A DNA stretch of 64,000 bases from Paragordius varius (lineage: Eukaryota > Animalia > Nematomorpha): positions 7,254,001-7,318,000 of the forward strand of contig OZ176050.1 in NCBI GenBank assembly GCA_964247055.1, in the 5' to 3' direction. Below, piece after piece: positions 1 to 12,835 of this stretch (its first letter is position 1; the number at the start of each line of letters is the position of its first letter). The notes under the pieces were generated by a model. It was not told where the DNA came from. It did no database searches and saw only the letters and a program-made list of their open reading frames with translations. Made by a program: the position numbers and the translations under genes.

Positions 1-2639
1 ATGTTTCTTCTTAACAAACAAATAAAATGATTGGAGACACAAAACTAACACTATAACTAATTATCGCAGTAATTTAATCATTTTTTTAATAAAATTTTTT
101 ATGTATTATATTAAATTTTGTCGAAAGGTATAAGTCAGATTAAAACATATAAAGATTAGAAATTTCGGTTACGTTTATTCCGTAGTTCGGTAAAAAAGGC
201 TGAAAAAAGTTTCTGATGATATGATTACAAAATTTTGCAAAACTTTTTAATTTACTATATAATTGTTATGTTATTTCAATAAAGTGGTTTAATACCCTCT
301 AATTTGCGACAATAGAGATTTAAGATGAGATAAATTATCTAAAATACCCCTCTATATGGGAATCTTTAATAAGTATTCAGATTTTGGGTTTAGACACTTT
401 ATATTTTGCAAATGCGAACTTATTATAAATAGCCCAAACTAAAAGCACTTTTTGCGTCCATAGCCGTTGAAAAATAGGCTGGATCAAAAACTTAATAAAA
501 AAATCAAGGTATTATTACCCACTCACTACTTTAGACCGATGAAAAAGGCAAGACATGACTTTAGTTAATGTTTAAACTACAGTTATATTCCCATTTAATA
601 CTAAAAAACTTATAAAATGTATATACCAAATTTATTAAGTATTACAATCTGTTTCAAAGGATATTGTAGTTTTAAAATAAAGTTTAAAATAAAGCTAACA
701 ATCATTTCATTTTAAAATAAAATTATTAAAATTTGAAAAATGAAAAGTTTACTTTGGTTATTGTATGAAGAATGGATGGTAGAATAAGAATTTTCAAAAC
801 AGTTAACAACCATCAAAAAAGGTGCCCGGAAAATAAATATTAGTAACAAAGGTTTGTACGAATTGTTTTATAATTTATTTTTTATAAGATACAAGATTAT
901 AGTTATAAATGTGTTTGTTTTAAATAGCAAGCATATTTGATAAGATATATCTGAACAATGAAATAAAAATAAATATATTATAAAAACCGTAAGCAAATAG
1001 ATATTTCTGTACCAAAAATTATAATTATTAATATTAAATTTTTTGGCAATTTAAAAATTTTAAATTTCAACAATTTTTATATAAAATAAAATAAATGCAG
1101 CACAAGGCAAGAATAAGATTAAAAATATTATATATGTTAAAAATGTTTATATTGTTTCACTATTAATAAAGAAATAACATTCGTTCAGGGAAAACTTTTA
1201 TATATTCAGATAAATCAATAATTGTTTAAAAAACTATATTTTTATATAAAATGTTAGCTAAATAATCATCGCACGGTATTTTCTCATATAGGAATTGATA
1301 GGTTTATCTTCTCTTATTTGTATTTTTTAAAAAAATCGATCCGATTTTGCAAAGAAATTTTTACTAGAAGTATTTGTATCAATCTGGGATGAATTTTAGT
1401 TACAAATTAACGGATGCAATGAATTTATTAATGTAATAGTCAAACTTAGAAAAGTCATTTAAAAAATATGGTATTAAAACATTTTTATATAAAACGACAT
1501 ATTTGGAGAAAACAATACCTCTAATTAATTAAAAAAGTTACGAAATTAAAAGATTGTGGCATTTTCAATGATTTTTAAATAAATTTTGTTTTATTAACAT
1601 ATAATTAAACTGGGCTAAATTTTTTAGTAGATGGACCTGCAGAAAATGGTAGATGTAAAATACTTCATTTAGGGTTTTATAAACTTTCCGTTTGTTTCAC
1701 GATATATAAAATGAAGCTTTAGTAATATAAGCAGCGTACTTTGTAAATATCTTATATTTGCAATTTTTATTTTTTAAAAAACAGCTGCAATTTCATAGAA
1801 GCTGTATTGCACTAAGTTTATTAACTAGCCTTAGTTATATCCATATCCTGAATGCTTAAAACAATTTAAATGTACAATATAATTTGTATTGCATTCGAGT
1901 TCATTTAAAAATTTAGGGCTTGGTTAAATTATTAATCAGAATACATTTAAGAGACGGAATATTATTGGTTAAAAAGGGTTTAAAATTGGTGCAAAGATAA
2001 AATGTATATATATATTTCTTGGTTATTTTGTACACATGAATGCTAATTTTGAAATGTAAAATTTATTTAGAAGGTCCATCAAATTCTGTTTATCCTTTAT
2101 TCGATTATTTTCTAAGTATATACCAATTAGAAAACCCTTTTAACTAAACAATAGGGCTCTTTAGTCTATCAATTTTCATTATTTAAATTGTGGTGGCTAA
2201 AATTGCTCCCTTAAGCCATGTGCAATATAATGTGCGTTGAGTGATCTGTAAAATATATTTATTTATTATCATAGTAAAATCTAAATCTGTACGTAAAGAG
2301 ATAAGCATTAAATGAATTTATTACTATCAGGATAAAAGATCTTACATAACAGATATGTGAGATTGGTGTATGTATGCCCTGGGCGTATGCTTTATTTTTA
2401 AACTAGCCTTCAGATAAAGCAGCTCTATAAGTTTTATAACTTGGGTTTTACATAAATTTTGTTGATCAAAAAAATTAATCTCTATCAGGTCATAAACTGT
2501 CCTACTTTTAATATATAAATTGTTGAAATTTTCTTTGACAAATGACCTTTTGGGCTATTTTAGATTCCAGACCGATTTGACATTTGAATATCCTAAAAAG
2601 TATTTAAGGTATTGGGTATTTAAAAAAAACTCTCTTTAG

Positions 2640-2715
2640 CTTTTAAGACGCATGCTTCATAATATAAAAATGTAAAAAAACCTCATTTGAAACTTTTCGC
2701 CGCCATGTTTTTATT
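2640..2715. repeat. Diverged dispersed repeat with an inverted partner at ~14035-14110
   Basis: The reverse complement AAAACATGGCGGCGAAAAGTTTCAAATGAGGTTTTTT...GCGTCTTAAAAG resembles AAAACATGTGGCGGAACAAAATTTGAGATGAGGGTTTTT...ACGTCTAAAAGG. Element ends not defined. Confidence 0.35.
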
Positions 2716-4192
2716 TAAATTTTTAAATCGGTAATACAAAAGTTAAATAAATGTATATTATGGCTAGAAAATGCATATTTACCTTGGTAAGCTATGAAGT
2801 TACATTTTACTAGCAAAAACTGATTTTAAAATCAGCTGTTTATGATCGTGTTTTGGAGCTGTCCCAATTTTAACTTTGCAAAACTGTAAATATAAGTTTT
2901 TTTATCTATTGAACAATGTTTGATAATTAAATTTTAACCTAAATAATTTTCAAAAGAGTAGCTTATTTAAGCTCTGGGATATAAATTACCCAATAAGTCA
3001 TCACGGATAAAAAAGTGAAAGGCGTGAAGTGTTAAAATATCAAAAGTAGAATATAATGTTTGATTAAAATCAAAGGTAAATATAAGTTGGCGTAAAATTC
3101 AGCATGAGTGTGTTTCCAACATTGCCAAACATCATCACCTTGATATCGCCACCTGTTATCCGCATTTGGGTAGTTTCTTAAAATACAGAGATCAAGGAGG
3201 CCAATTGGAATTATGGCACAATTATAAGATTACAGCAGCCAATATTATAGACTTATTCCCACCAAATACAGAATATCCATCATCTTAAATAGTCTATGGG
3301 AAAATCTGAATATAATTACACAGGTTTTTAGCTTTGGTCATCATACAGTATTATTCGATTCCAATCTTCTAGCCGCTTAATATATTATCTTTTTTACCGT
3401 ATAATAGTTTGAGAGTAACTTTCATACTATTGACTCCATAATTTTGTGATATTCACATTGCTTTAACGATTTTTGTAAATCGCTTTGAAACTGTTCCTGT
3501 GCTCTCTCGTTTTTATCTGGTGGCACCAATTCTTCAATTATAAAGTTTTTGCTGGCAGTGAGCCTCTTGTAGCGTTTAAATAAAATGTGACACATCGCAA
3601 GCATAACTAACATAAGCGCGCTTTTGATACGTTTTTCCCCGAAAAGCAAAAAGAATTCTCGCAAAATTGTTGGCACAGAACTCCATTCGGACTTTTACTA
3701 TACTGTGCTCCACTAAAATTGCGACCAATGTGCCCAAAACCATTCGAATGCTTTTTACCTGTAAAGGTAATAGGCAAAGAAAACCATAAAACAATTGTCT
3801 CAAGGGATGCTCAAAAATTCAAAAAATCTCGAAAACACTCTAGAACAATACATTATTGCACTTGCTTCCCATGTCATCCCTAATGTCTATTCGTTTTGCA
3901 TGTGGTTAAATTATTATTTAAAAGTGAGGGTAAATGGATTTATTTGACTATCATTAAATAATAATTTTTGCATAATGTTTAGAGATAACAAAATGTATTA
4001 AATTTCAATTAAATTACAAATAATTAATTCATTGTGTGATTTAATAATAATTTATAATTCATTATATAATAGTTTTTCGTTAGGTATTTTGTAATAATTG
4101 TGGAAGTAGAAAAAACCTTATAAAATAATATGCATAGTATGTGACCAATGAATTTTGATAAAATGCTGCTATGGTTGAGTAATTTGACAAAT

Positions 4193-7100
4193 TTAGGACC
4201 GTATAGGGATGCGTTCACGCTGATACGAATTAACTTCATTATTAGTAGGTTTGTATGTTGGGTTAGCAGTAAACTGTTGTTGTGACACACGTTTTGGCTT
4301 ATTATTTGAATTGCTGGATCGACTAAAGTATCGCGTCCCTTTTTCTTCAATAAAATCGCCATATCTCTCATCGCGATAGATATTGTCCCATTTTTCGAGA
4401 TTTGCAGAGGGTGGGCCAGTTTGTTTAATGGATTCTGCAATATCATCCGGTCTTCGGTTTAATATTGTGGTTGATGCATAAAGAGGGGCTGGTACAGTCG
4501 GTACATATAAATCGGGTTGATAATCCTTTTTGCTTGTATCTTTAATGTATTTTACTCTTGAGACTTCTCCAAACTCTTGTTCGTTTCTTGGTGGTTTAGA
4601 TAAATCTAAATAGCTGCGTGTTGATGGTGCCGACCATTTTTCTCTACTGTTATAGTTGGGATAATAGGCATTATCGCGAAGAGTTGATTCACGCACTAAA
4701 CTGGTTCCTCTCATCGGTTGCGTATCATTGTCACCCGAAATACTTTGTCTCTCACTCAATTCATCCCATGCTTTTTGATAACTACGATCTCTCGGCACAA
4801 AGCCTGAAAAGTATGACGACTGTGGTTGTTGAGGCCTCACTTTTTGCATATCAGATATGTTTCTGCCAGAACCTCTAAAGCGATTTGGCACGTAAGTAAT
4901 TCTTTCGTTTGGTCCATTATATCGTAAATTAGTTCCGGGAGCTGCAACAAAAGAGGATGAACGCGTTCCTAAGGAAGGCGGGTAGGGAGGGGACGAAGCA
5001 GCTATACCTGAATCATTATCGATAAACTCTGTGTTATGACTAATGACCCTGCTTATTTTCGGTGCGGCAGTTTGGTTAGCCTGGACCCATTCGTATTGTG
5101 GCCTTTCTTGATCCATTCTTTTCCGTTCATAAGTTAATGGAATATAACGACCGTCAGAGGGCCAATTGTCTGAATAATTTATTTTACTTAAGGGAGTAAA
5201 GTGTTCATATACAGTCAATTTATCCCGACTATAGTCTTTCCCGGCCCCGATTTCCTGGGATCTGCTCTGTCTGTCCCCGAAAGATGAGCCCGTTGCAGTT
5301 TTAGTTGTTGTGTGGCTAACGACAACAGGTGGATCGTATATATTTTCTGTTATTATTTTTTCGACGCCACCAGATTCAGATGATTTGATTATCACCTTTT
5401 TATGTTTGTGAGTTTGCGTCTTTTTGTAAACTTCCACAATTTCTGGTTCGTCATCATCGGATACCATTTGGCCTTCTCTATAATGTGATTTATTGGATTG
5501 ATCTGAGCGGTCGTAATATTTTGTGGATGAAGTTGTTTCAGGTAAATGTATACTATCGTCTTTTGAATCCCGACCGTCAAATTTTCGCGATGATCGTGTT
5601 TTATAAGTAATGTATTCCTCTTTTGAATTACTAGGCTTATCATCCATAGAAGCCTTAACATAAAGCGCTTCGGATATATCATTAGCAGCGTTTCCGTCAG
5701 TTAATGGTTTAATATGAGAGGTGGATGCTTTACCTGTTTCTATTGCGGCATGAGAACCATCTTCATAATAAAACTTTTGTTTATCAATGCTAAATTCGGG
5801 ATAATCCTGTAAGTTCTCAATTTCTTCCATTCGCACTTTTTTAATTTTGCGAGTTTTAAAACTGCGTTTTTGAGGCTTTTCAGCAACTTTTACGGGTGGT
5901 GGAACAGATTTCTCAATATATTTTTCAACCATACATTCCTCATCTCTGGAAGGATGGAAATGTTCTTTTTCATAATGTTCTATTTTGGTTACTGTAGGCA
6001 GAATCGGTGGAAGCGATGGTACCGTTTGTTTGCGCTCAATTTTTTCATTCAAATCTTTTATACTCAGTACTATATCATCAATAGACTTTGTTAAATCTTT
6101 AAATTTGTCATCTGTAGCAGGCGGTAATGGTACTGGCTTTGGAACAAATGGAACATATGTTTGAGTTCCAACATTTTCTTTGTCTAGGGGCTCGCGTTCC
6201 GTTATTCGTTCTTTCTTTGTCATTTTTTCAAACACTACCCTATACGATGGTTGAATATCATATTGAACAGAGGCATGCTTTGTACTAGGTTGATCCCTAA
6301 CAGTTGCAGTAGATTTTTGTGCGTATGTGGATGTTGTTGTTTGCTGAGGATTATAAAGTTCATCCTCAATAATTTTAAATTTACGGTATGTTTCTTCACG
6401 CGATGAGCCTTCATTCAATTCAGGGGAATCGCGAGTGGTTTGCGAAATCTTTGATTTATCATTTTGACCAAAGTATTGGTTACGATTAGTGCTGGATTCA
6501 TAATCACTTCGGTATCCCGTTGAGAGATTTCGGGTGCTATCTTCCGTTTTACAGGTTTTTTCCCAATATTTATTATAGCCTCCACTTCCATCAATAGCAT
6601 TTCCACTCCCATAACGTTGTAAAAGTGTTCCACCAACATTATTAATGGTTGAAGAGGTGCCTGTAGAAAGATCTATCGCATTTAACGTTGCGGCTGCATA
6701 GGCCGGATCTCCGGTATAAGTTATGATATCATCTTCGACGCATTTCCTATAATATTTTTCCGTGTTACCATGTTCATCTGTACGTTGCTCAAAGAAAATG
6801 GGTGGCTGAGGCGGACCAGTGTGACTTATACGCTCATCAACGTAACTCTGTTCTGTAATATTTTCATTTATCATTGTTCTGGTGGAGTCTTCTCGTGCAC
6901 TAGACGTGTTGTTAAGTAAAGTACTTTCATAAGTACCAACCTCTTGCAAGCTCCGCGGAAAAATAGAATAATCCTTAAAGTTTCTACGATCCTCAGATAT
7001 CCATTGTTTAGCTGCATCATCACCATAGAGGGATGTCAATATCTTGTTTTTACTGTCGGGAGGTAAAGCAGCTGGTAAATTACTAATAGGGCCAGTGTGT

Positions 7101-7795
7101 TGAAATTTAAGGTTTTCCTCTCGTATTGCATTATCTTTGCCAACTTTTGTCCAAGTCTCACGTGAAATTATGCCCCTTTTGTCGCCCGTTTCTCGTTCCA
7201 TTTTACCATGAGTTTGTTGAAAACCGTCTTTATCTGTAAATTGATGAACTGTATAAGCATTATCATCTCGAAACGATTTCCGATCTGGCCAATGATAGTT
7301 TGTTTGAAAGAGTACACCTTCTTTGTAATCATAACCATGTCCCCCGGAATCTGGTGACCGTTTTCCATTCGAATCTGTTTTGAAGTCTGATTTTATGGGA
7401 ATAAGTTTTGGTTTGTCTGTTATACCTTGAGTAGACTCCTCGTAAGATGAATATCCGGTTGTGGCTATAGTTTGTTGACTAGAGTTACCATTATGTACTT
7501 TGTTACTTGTTTTGTAAGAAGTGTTTACATGTGCATCATTGTTATATCTTTTGCTTTTACCTGATTCATTTCTCCAGTCATCTTGTTGATTCGAATAAGA
7601 AGATGATTGAAAATCGCCTTCTGTTTTATGTTGTTTGCCAAATTTTTCACTGCTGAACCATCGATACTTATTGGCAGATGGGAGAACATTTTGACTATTG
7701 GCATTGGCAGCGTATTGGGAAGAAGAAAACTCAGATGATTCCATACGTGCAGAATCGGGTGAAAGGGAACGAGAAATTAGTAGGTTTTGGCTCAT
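4193..7795 (-). CDS. Single-exon 1200-aa S/T/N/D/Y-rich, probably disordered protein of unknown function
   Basis: ATG at 7795-7793, TAA at 4195-4193. A 3.6-kb uninterrupted ORF in DNA where random ORFs are under ~150 aa, visibly more GC-rich than its flanks. Pro-rich patches (PFVPKPVPLPP, PSLPPILP, SSPPYPP) and one short coiled-coil-like stretch (DDKFKDLTKSIDDIVLSIKDLNEKIERK). No domain recognised. Confidence 0.8.
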   Translation of the reverse strand: MSQNLLISRSLSPDSARMESSEFSSSQYAANANSQNVLPSANKYRWFSSEKFGKQHKTEGDFQSSSYSNQQDDWRNESGKSKRYNNDAHVNTSYKTSNKVHNGNSSQQTIATTGYSSYEESTQGITDKPKLIPIKSDFKTDSNGKRSPDSGGHGYDYKEGVLFQTNYHWPDRKSFRDDNAYTVHQFTDKDGFQQTHGKMERETGDKRGIISRETWTKVGKDNAIREENLKFQHTGPISNLPAALPPDSKNKILTSLYGDDAAKQWISEDRRNFKDYSIFPRSLQEVGTYESTLLNNTSSAREDSTRTMINENITEQSYVDERISHTGPPQPPIFFEQRTDEHGNTEKYYRKCVEDDIITYTGDPAYAAATLNAIDLSTGTSSTINNVGGTLLQRYGSGNAIDGSGGYNKYWEKTCKTEDSTRNLSTGYRSDYESSTNRNQYFGQNDKSKISQTTRDSPELNEGSSREETYRKFKIIEDELYNPQQTTTSTYAQKSTATVRDQPSTKHASVQYDIQPSYRVVFEKMTKKERITEREPLDKENVGTQTYVPFVPKPVPLPPATDDKFKDLTKSIDDIVLSIKDLNEKIERKQTVPSLPPILPTVTKIEHYEKEHFHPSRDEECMVEKYIEKSVPPPVKVAEKPQKRSFKTRKIKKVRMEEIENLQDYPEFSIDKQKFYYEDGSHAAIETGKASTSHIKPLTDGNAANDISEALYVKASMDDKPSNSKEEYITYKTRSSRKFDGRDSKDDSIHLPETTSSTKYYDRSDQSNKSHYREGQMVSDDDEPEIVEVYKKTQTHKHKKVIIKSSESGGVEKIITENIYDPPVVVSHTTTKTATGSSFGDRQSRSQEIGAGKDYSRDKLTVYEHFTPLSKINYSDNWPSDGRYIPLTYERKRMDQERPQYEWVQANQTAAPKISRVISHNTEFIDNDSGIAASSPPYPPSLGTRSSSFVAAPGTNLRYNGPNERITYVPNRFRGSGRNISDMQKVRPQQPQSSYFSGFVPRDRSYQKAWDELSERQSISGDNDTQPMRGTSLVRESTLRDNAYYPNYNSREKWSAPSTRSYLDLSKPPRNEQEFGEVSRVKYIKDTSKKDYQPDLYVPTVPAPLYASTTILNRRPDDIAESIKQTGPPSANLEKWDNIYRDERYGDFIEEKGTRYFSRSSNSNNKPKRVSQQQFTANPTYKPTNNEVNSYQRERIPIRS

Positions 7796-10384
7796 AAAAT
7801 AACGAACGAACGAATTATCAATGAATCACGTTTAATTTGGTCGATTTTGATTAACTATTTTTCACAACAATAAATTTGTAATAATTTATGTGGATCATGT
7901 ATGTATCCGGTGCTAAAAAGTGATCTTAAAATAATGACAGAGTATTTTATCAAGGTATGTGAATTAGTATTATTAGAGATAAAATAAGACAAACATATTT
8001 TCCCAAATTTAAGGAGAATGATAATGAAATATAAACTAACTTGTATTAAGTAATGAGATATTAAAAATGTATGTAAATGTATCTGTTACATAGATTATTA
8101 TTAGATTAGATTGATTAAAATAGTAACAATATTTGTTGTTTATTTATGGAATGTGCAAAGCATGGCAACGATTCTCTAGCATAGCATATTTATAATAAAA
8201 GGAGAATTACAGGTAAAAATAGGTGTAGCATAACAGTGTATACACGAAAAAAAAGTCATAATCTATTTTACATTGTTTTTTTCCATATATGTCGTCGTAG
8301 TCGTATAAATACACACAGCACATAATATATGGTATATTTTTTTTAATAAAAAAGGAAAACGTAAAAAGAAAAATATGTAAAAAAATATTATTATCATTAT
8401 TTTTATCTTATAAATAAAAAATTTTTATGTTACAAAATTATATATATATATATATAAAAATATATTTTTTTAAGGATGAAATATCCGTAAGTGTATATAT
8501 AACAATCTTAAAACAAATTTTGAGAAAAGAAGAGATGGTTAAATATTTTTACCTGTTGTATATTTTAAAATGCATGTGCGCTTTAAGAAATTTTTCATGT
8601 TTTACTTTTTGTTTGTAATACAATAGAAAAATTAAAATTTAATATATGTAATGTATATCATTTGCAAATAAATTATATAAATAAAAATAAAATAGTATAA
8701 AAAATAACAATAGGACATAGAGAATAAGGTCATTCTTAATTTCGTATGAAATACCAATTATATTACATTTCAAGATTTCAAATATTAGCAATTCTTAATT
8801 TGATGATGGTAGTAAGGGATTCTTTTAAGATATTCCTTAGTATGCGTGATATTTATCATATTGCTGGAAAGCACTCAAAATTATAAATTTCAATTGTGTT
8901 ATAGTATCTCAAAGATAATATAATTTACAACATAAAATCTCCATTTAAAAACTAATAAGGGGTCAATCGTTCTCAGTAATACACACATGAAACCCTTATA
9001 GCAACAGCTTCTTAAGTATTTTAAAATTTCCCATCGATTAATTTATCCTTTTGGGTCTAAAAAGAAAACGTATCGTAGGATTTATGTTAAATCGATGATT
9101 GATAATAATATAATTGCATTTACAAAAATGGGCGTAGAATATATTATGATAATAGGGAGCAATATATTTTACCACACTCTTTCTTCATCATTTTACGCAC
9201 ATTGTAACCCCAATTTATCATTTGATTATTATGCCTTTTTGGATTGTGTCATTTTTCAACATAAATTATTAAAAAAGGTATTTTTAAGTTTTCCCCACCC
9301 ACAAGTGTTTTGTTTCGCTTATCTTGTTCCATAATCAAAATTAAAATATGTTTATTGATATATATATATATATATAATAATATATATTTTTTTAAAAAAA
9401 TTTAATTTTTTTAAAAAATTCATTAAATATGCGTTGAATGGCATTGGCCACCTATGTATCTTTTCTACACATTCCTAATTTCTCACTTTTTGATTTGCGT
9501 GACACTTTTTTAATTAGTATTAAATTATATTTTTTATCATCGATCAATTTGAATAATTTATATCAAAAATATATTTGAAATTAAATAAAAAGGAATGTTA
9601 TTTTTAAGTTGTCAAAGTGTTTTCTTTTTAGTTAAGAAAAATATGGATATTTAATTTTAACGGGCATAACTAATATATTACCCATAGATGTTTGTTTGTT
9701 TGTTTTAGCTAAACTTTTAATTTATGCGAAAAATGTTTTTGTTTTTCCAAATTAAGTATTTGTATAGTTTATCTACTTAATTACGATTAGTCAAAATATC
9801 TGAAAAATATATTTTTGTAACAAACAAGTCCTTAGGTTAACGGTTTATAAATAATTTACTTTTATAACTATTGAAAAAATTAGCTAATATATATATATAT
9901 AATATATTGTTTGTCATTTAATATTATTTATATTAATTTTTTACCTTATTCCAAGGTCTCTCTCTAAATTATATGAAAAAAGTAATAAAATTTTGATCTT
10001 TTATTCAAAATACTTTTAATATAAGCTTTTGAGTTAAAATATATATGAATACTACACCTATGACTTGCTTACTTGAAACCAACTATTTTATAATATTAGT
10101 GGTTACTTAAAAATTCTTTGCCTAAATACATGGATAGTAGATAAATAATTAAATGCATTTTATAAACATAGCAATTCAAGAATTATAATAATATAGTTTA
10201 GGGTGTTTTTATTTCGTCAAAAGGCTAATTTGTAATAAATTATATGACAAAAAGTTTTTGGTTAATATACAATTACCAGGTATTAATTATATCTTAAATA
10301 TTTAACAAAAATTATATCAGTATCATGACTGCTAGAAACTGAAATTCGGATATCTCTTAACATTTGGATACACATTCAGTTTAG

Positions 10385-10932
10385 TCCTTCGATTAAAATT
10401 GGGGTAGTTGGATACCCCAGGCCTGTTTAAAATTATATTCTTCAAAAAAAAGATGGAAGCAATGGAAACCATGGCAAAATTTTGCACTTATATACCATTA
10501 ATAAACCGAAATATATAAAAAATTTTATTCAAAAATACTTGATATTACTTATTTTAAGCCAAAACCGAAAGATTAAAATTTAGTTAACATGACATGTGTG
10601 CGATGGTAAAATTGAAAAATAATACAAAATAAACCGCTTTCTCTATTTCTATCAATGTTAGCTGTAATTTAAAATAAAAAATTAGCTATAATTTTATTCT
10701 TAAATGAAGACGATATTTTGCAAAAATTTTGCAAAATAAAAATGACGTCCACGTAGTTTGACATGGAATTTTTTTTCAAAACAAAATTTTATTTAGATAT
10801 TTTGGCATATTTATATAATTTTTATTAGGATAGAAACATAAATTTAAATTGGGACCGTTTCCTTCAGTAGTTTAAAAATCCTAACTTATATTTAGTATGG
10901 GGTATTTAGGTACCCCAATATGAACCGAAGTG
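10385..10932. mobile_element. ~550-bp MITE with piggyBac-like TTAA flank (copy 1)
   Basis: Imperfect ~40-bp TIRs: TTAG|TCCTTCGATTAAAATTGGGGTAGTTGGATACCCC ... GGGGTATTTAGGTACCCCAATATGAACCGAAGTG|TTAA. The interior is colinear with 15720-16259 in reverse orientation. Confidence 0.7.
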
Positions 10933-12493
10933 TTAAATCAATTTAAACAAACGGCTGATTTTACACAACAATAATACCGAAAATTTACTATAAAAAAATA
11001 CATACACACATTTAAACTTAATTAGTTTTTAAAATAAACTATAAAATATTTTTTGGCGATTTCGTAAAAAATCTAAAAAAAATTAGACGGTAAAAAGTTT
11101 GAAATGATTTCGTATACAATCTAACTGAAAATATTTTTTTTAATATCACATGGTGATAAAATGTATATTTCATTTGGTCCAATAGCACAGATATTTGAGA
11201 TATTTTTTCAATTCGTAGTAATAACTATCCCAAAAAATAATAAAGCCTTAAATTGATTTAATGCTAAAATGATAAAATTTTTTTAAAGTTTTATATAATT
11301 ATCCTGATTTATTTTAGCCTGGTATAAAAAAACATATATTGCCTGATCAAATTTAAAGCGGTCGAACTTTTTTAAATTTTGCAATGGCTGATCTTAGCTT
11401 TCTATTTTAATATTATGAAATATGTTGTCGGAAAATAAACTTTAAAAAAAGTTGTGCAATAATATAAACCTGTATATTTATTGTCCGTTTTATTATGGTT
11501 TTTTTCTTCAATATTAAAGACAGCATTGTATTAAAACTAATATTTTATATTAACTCCTTGCTTATAACCCAGTCAAGAAATTCTAACCGACCATCTCAAA
11601 TAGGCATACTTATACTCTGTTTTGACGGTTTTTATCAGATATGTTATAAATAAAATAAAAAAAATCATAAAATAGATTATGATTTCGAATATTTCCGTCA
11701 TAAAAAAATTATTTCACAAGTATGCGTGAAAAAGCACCATATATAATTTCCCTAACTCTAACACATTTCAACTTTATGAGTTCCGTTTCAGATAATTTAA
11801 TATGATATACTTAAGGCATAGGGCCTCACAATTAGCTAAACCTTAGATCTTCTTAAAATATATAACTTCTCAAAAATTAAGCATTTTGTATCCTGCTATG
11901 ATTTTTTTATATGTATAAATTGTAATTAATTAATTAATTAATTCATCATCCCATTTGTAGTAAACGGAATATTATTTAGTATAGAATTATGTGTGACATA
12001 TATTGTTTAATACTTTATAAGGAATGAGGTAACCACATTTTTCCTCATTAAAAATCATTACTCAAGCAGCCAAAGACATATATATAAATAAATATTATAC
12101 GATATCTATAGCTAATTTGATTATTATTTTTTTATTTATAAGTATAATGAATTTTTCAATCAATTAATCATTATAAATATTAGTTTAAACTTAATAATGA
12201 TAATAATTGAGTTTTTCTCAAATCATTTTAACTCAAGACTGATTTCATAACTGATTGTTAGTGGCCTGTTTACAATATAGAGGCTAGATTTATGGAGTAT
12301 CTAAGATGGGATACTCAAAGAACGGGACCTACCCGTTTTATGAAAATAACAGTTGATGACTATATGGCTTTTGGTTTCATTGTTTTTTTGTCAGATACTT
12401 CATTGATTTTAACAATATTCCGATTCAAACAATAAACGTTTTACAATTGATTATATAAAAAATTATGAATTATATATAAAATACTGAATTATT

Positions 12494-12835
12494 TTAACTT
12501 GGTTTAGAGTGGATTGGATCCAAGTTTATTGATTGTGTTGTCACATTATGAGGTACATTTTTTGGCTGAGGATTAGTCAAACCATTTGCAGTTTGTTGAG
12601 TAGAATTAGTATTTTCTTTTGGTGGAATTTGCGATATATTTTTTGCACCATTTTGACTTGATTTATTATCAGTATTGCTGTTATTTTGTGGTAAATTTTT
12701 TCCAACTTTTTGTAACGTTTTAAATGGGTTAATTTTAGCGTTGGGTGTTGAAGATAAACTTTCTCGCTTAGACCCCTCTTTCCCTTTCAAAAATGAAGGT
12801 TGATTCAATGAGCTTCCGGAAACTTTGCCAGACAT
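12494..12835 (-). CDS. Small N/S/Q/K-rich low-complexity protein, or first coding exon of a larger gene
   Basis: True ATG at 12835-12833 and 113 open codons with disordered-type composition. The ATG lies 3 nt after a plausible acceptor (ttttatattttAG at 12840-12839) of a possible 43-nt 5'UTR intron (GT at 12881). No downstream exon could be linked. Confidence 0.45.
   Translation of the reverse strand: MSGKVSGSSLNQPSFLKGKEGSKRESLSSTPNAKINPFKTLQKVGKNLPQNNSNTDNKSSQNGAKNISQIPPKENTNSTQQTANGLTNPQPKNVPHNVTTQSINLDPIHSKPS

Noticed and set aside
4024-7368. Short ORFs overlapping the 1200-aa ORF on either strand
   Set aside because: Shadow ORFs expected inside a long, more GC-rich coding region; no independent coding signal.
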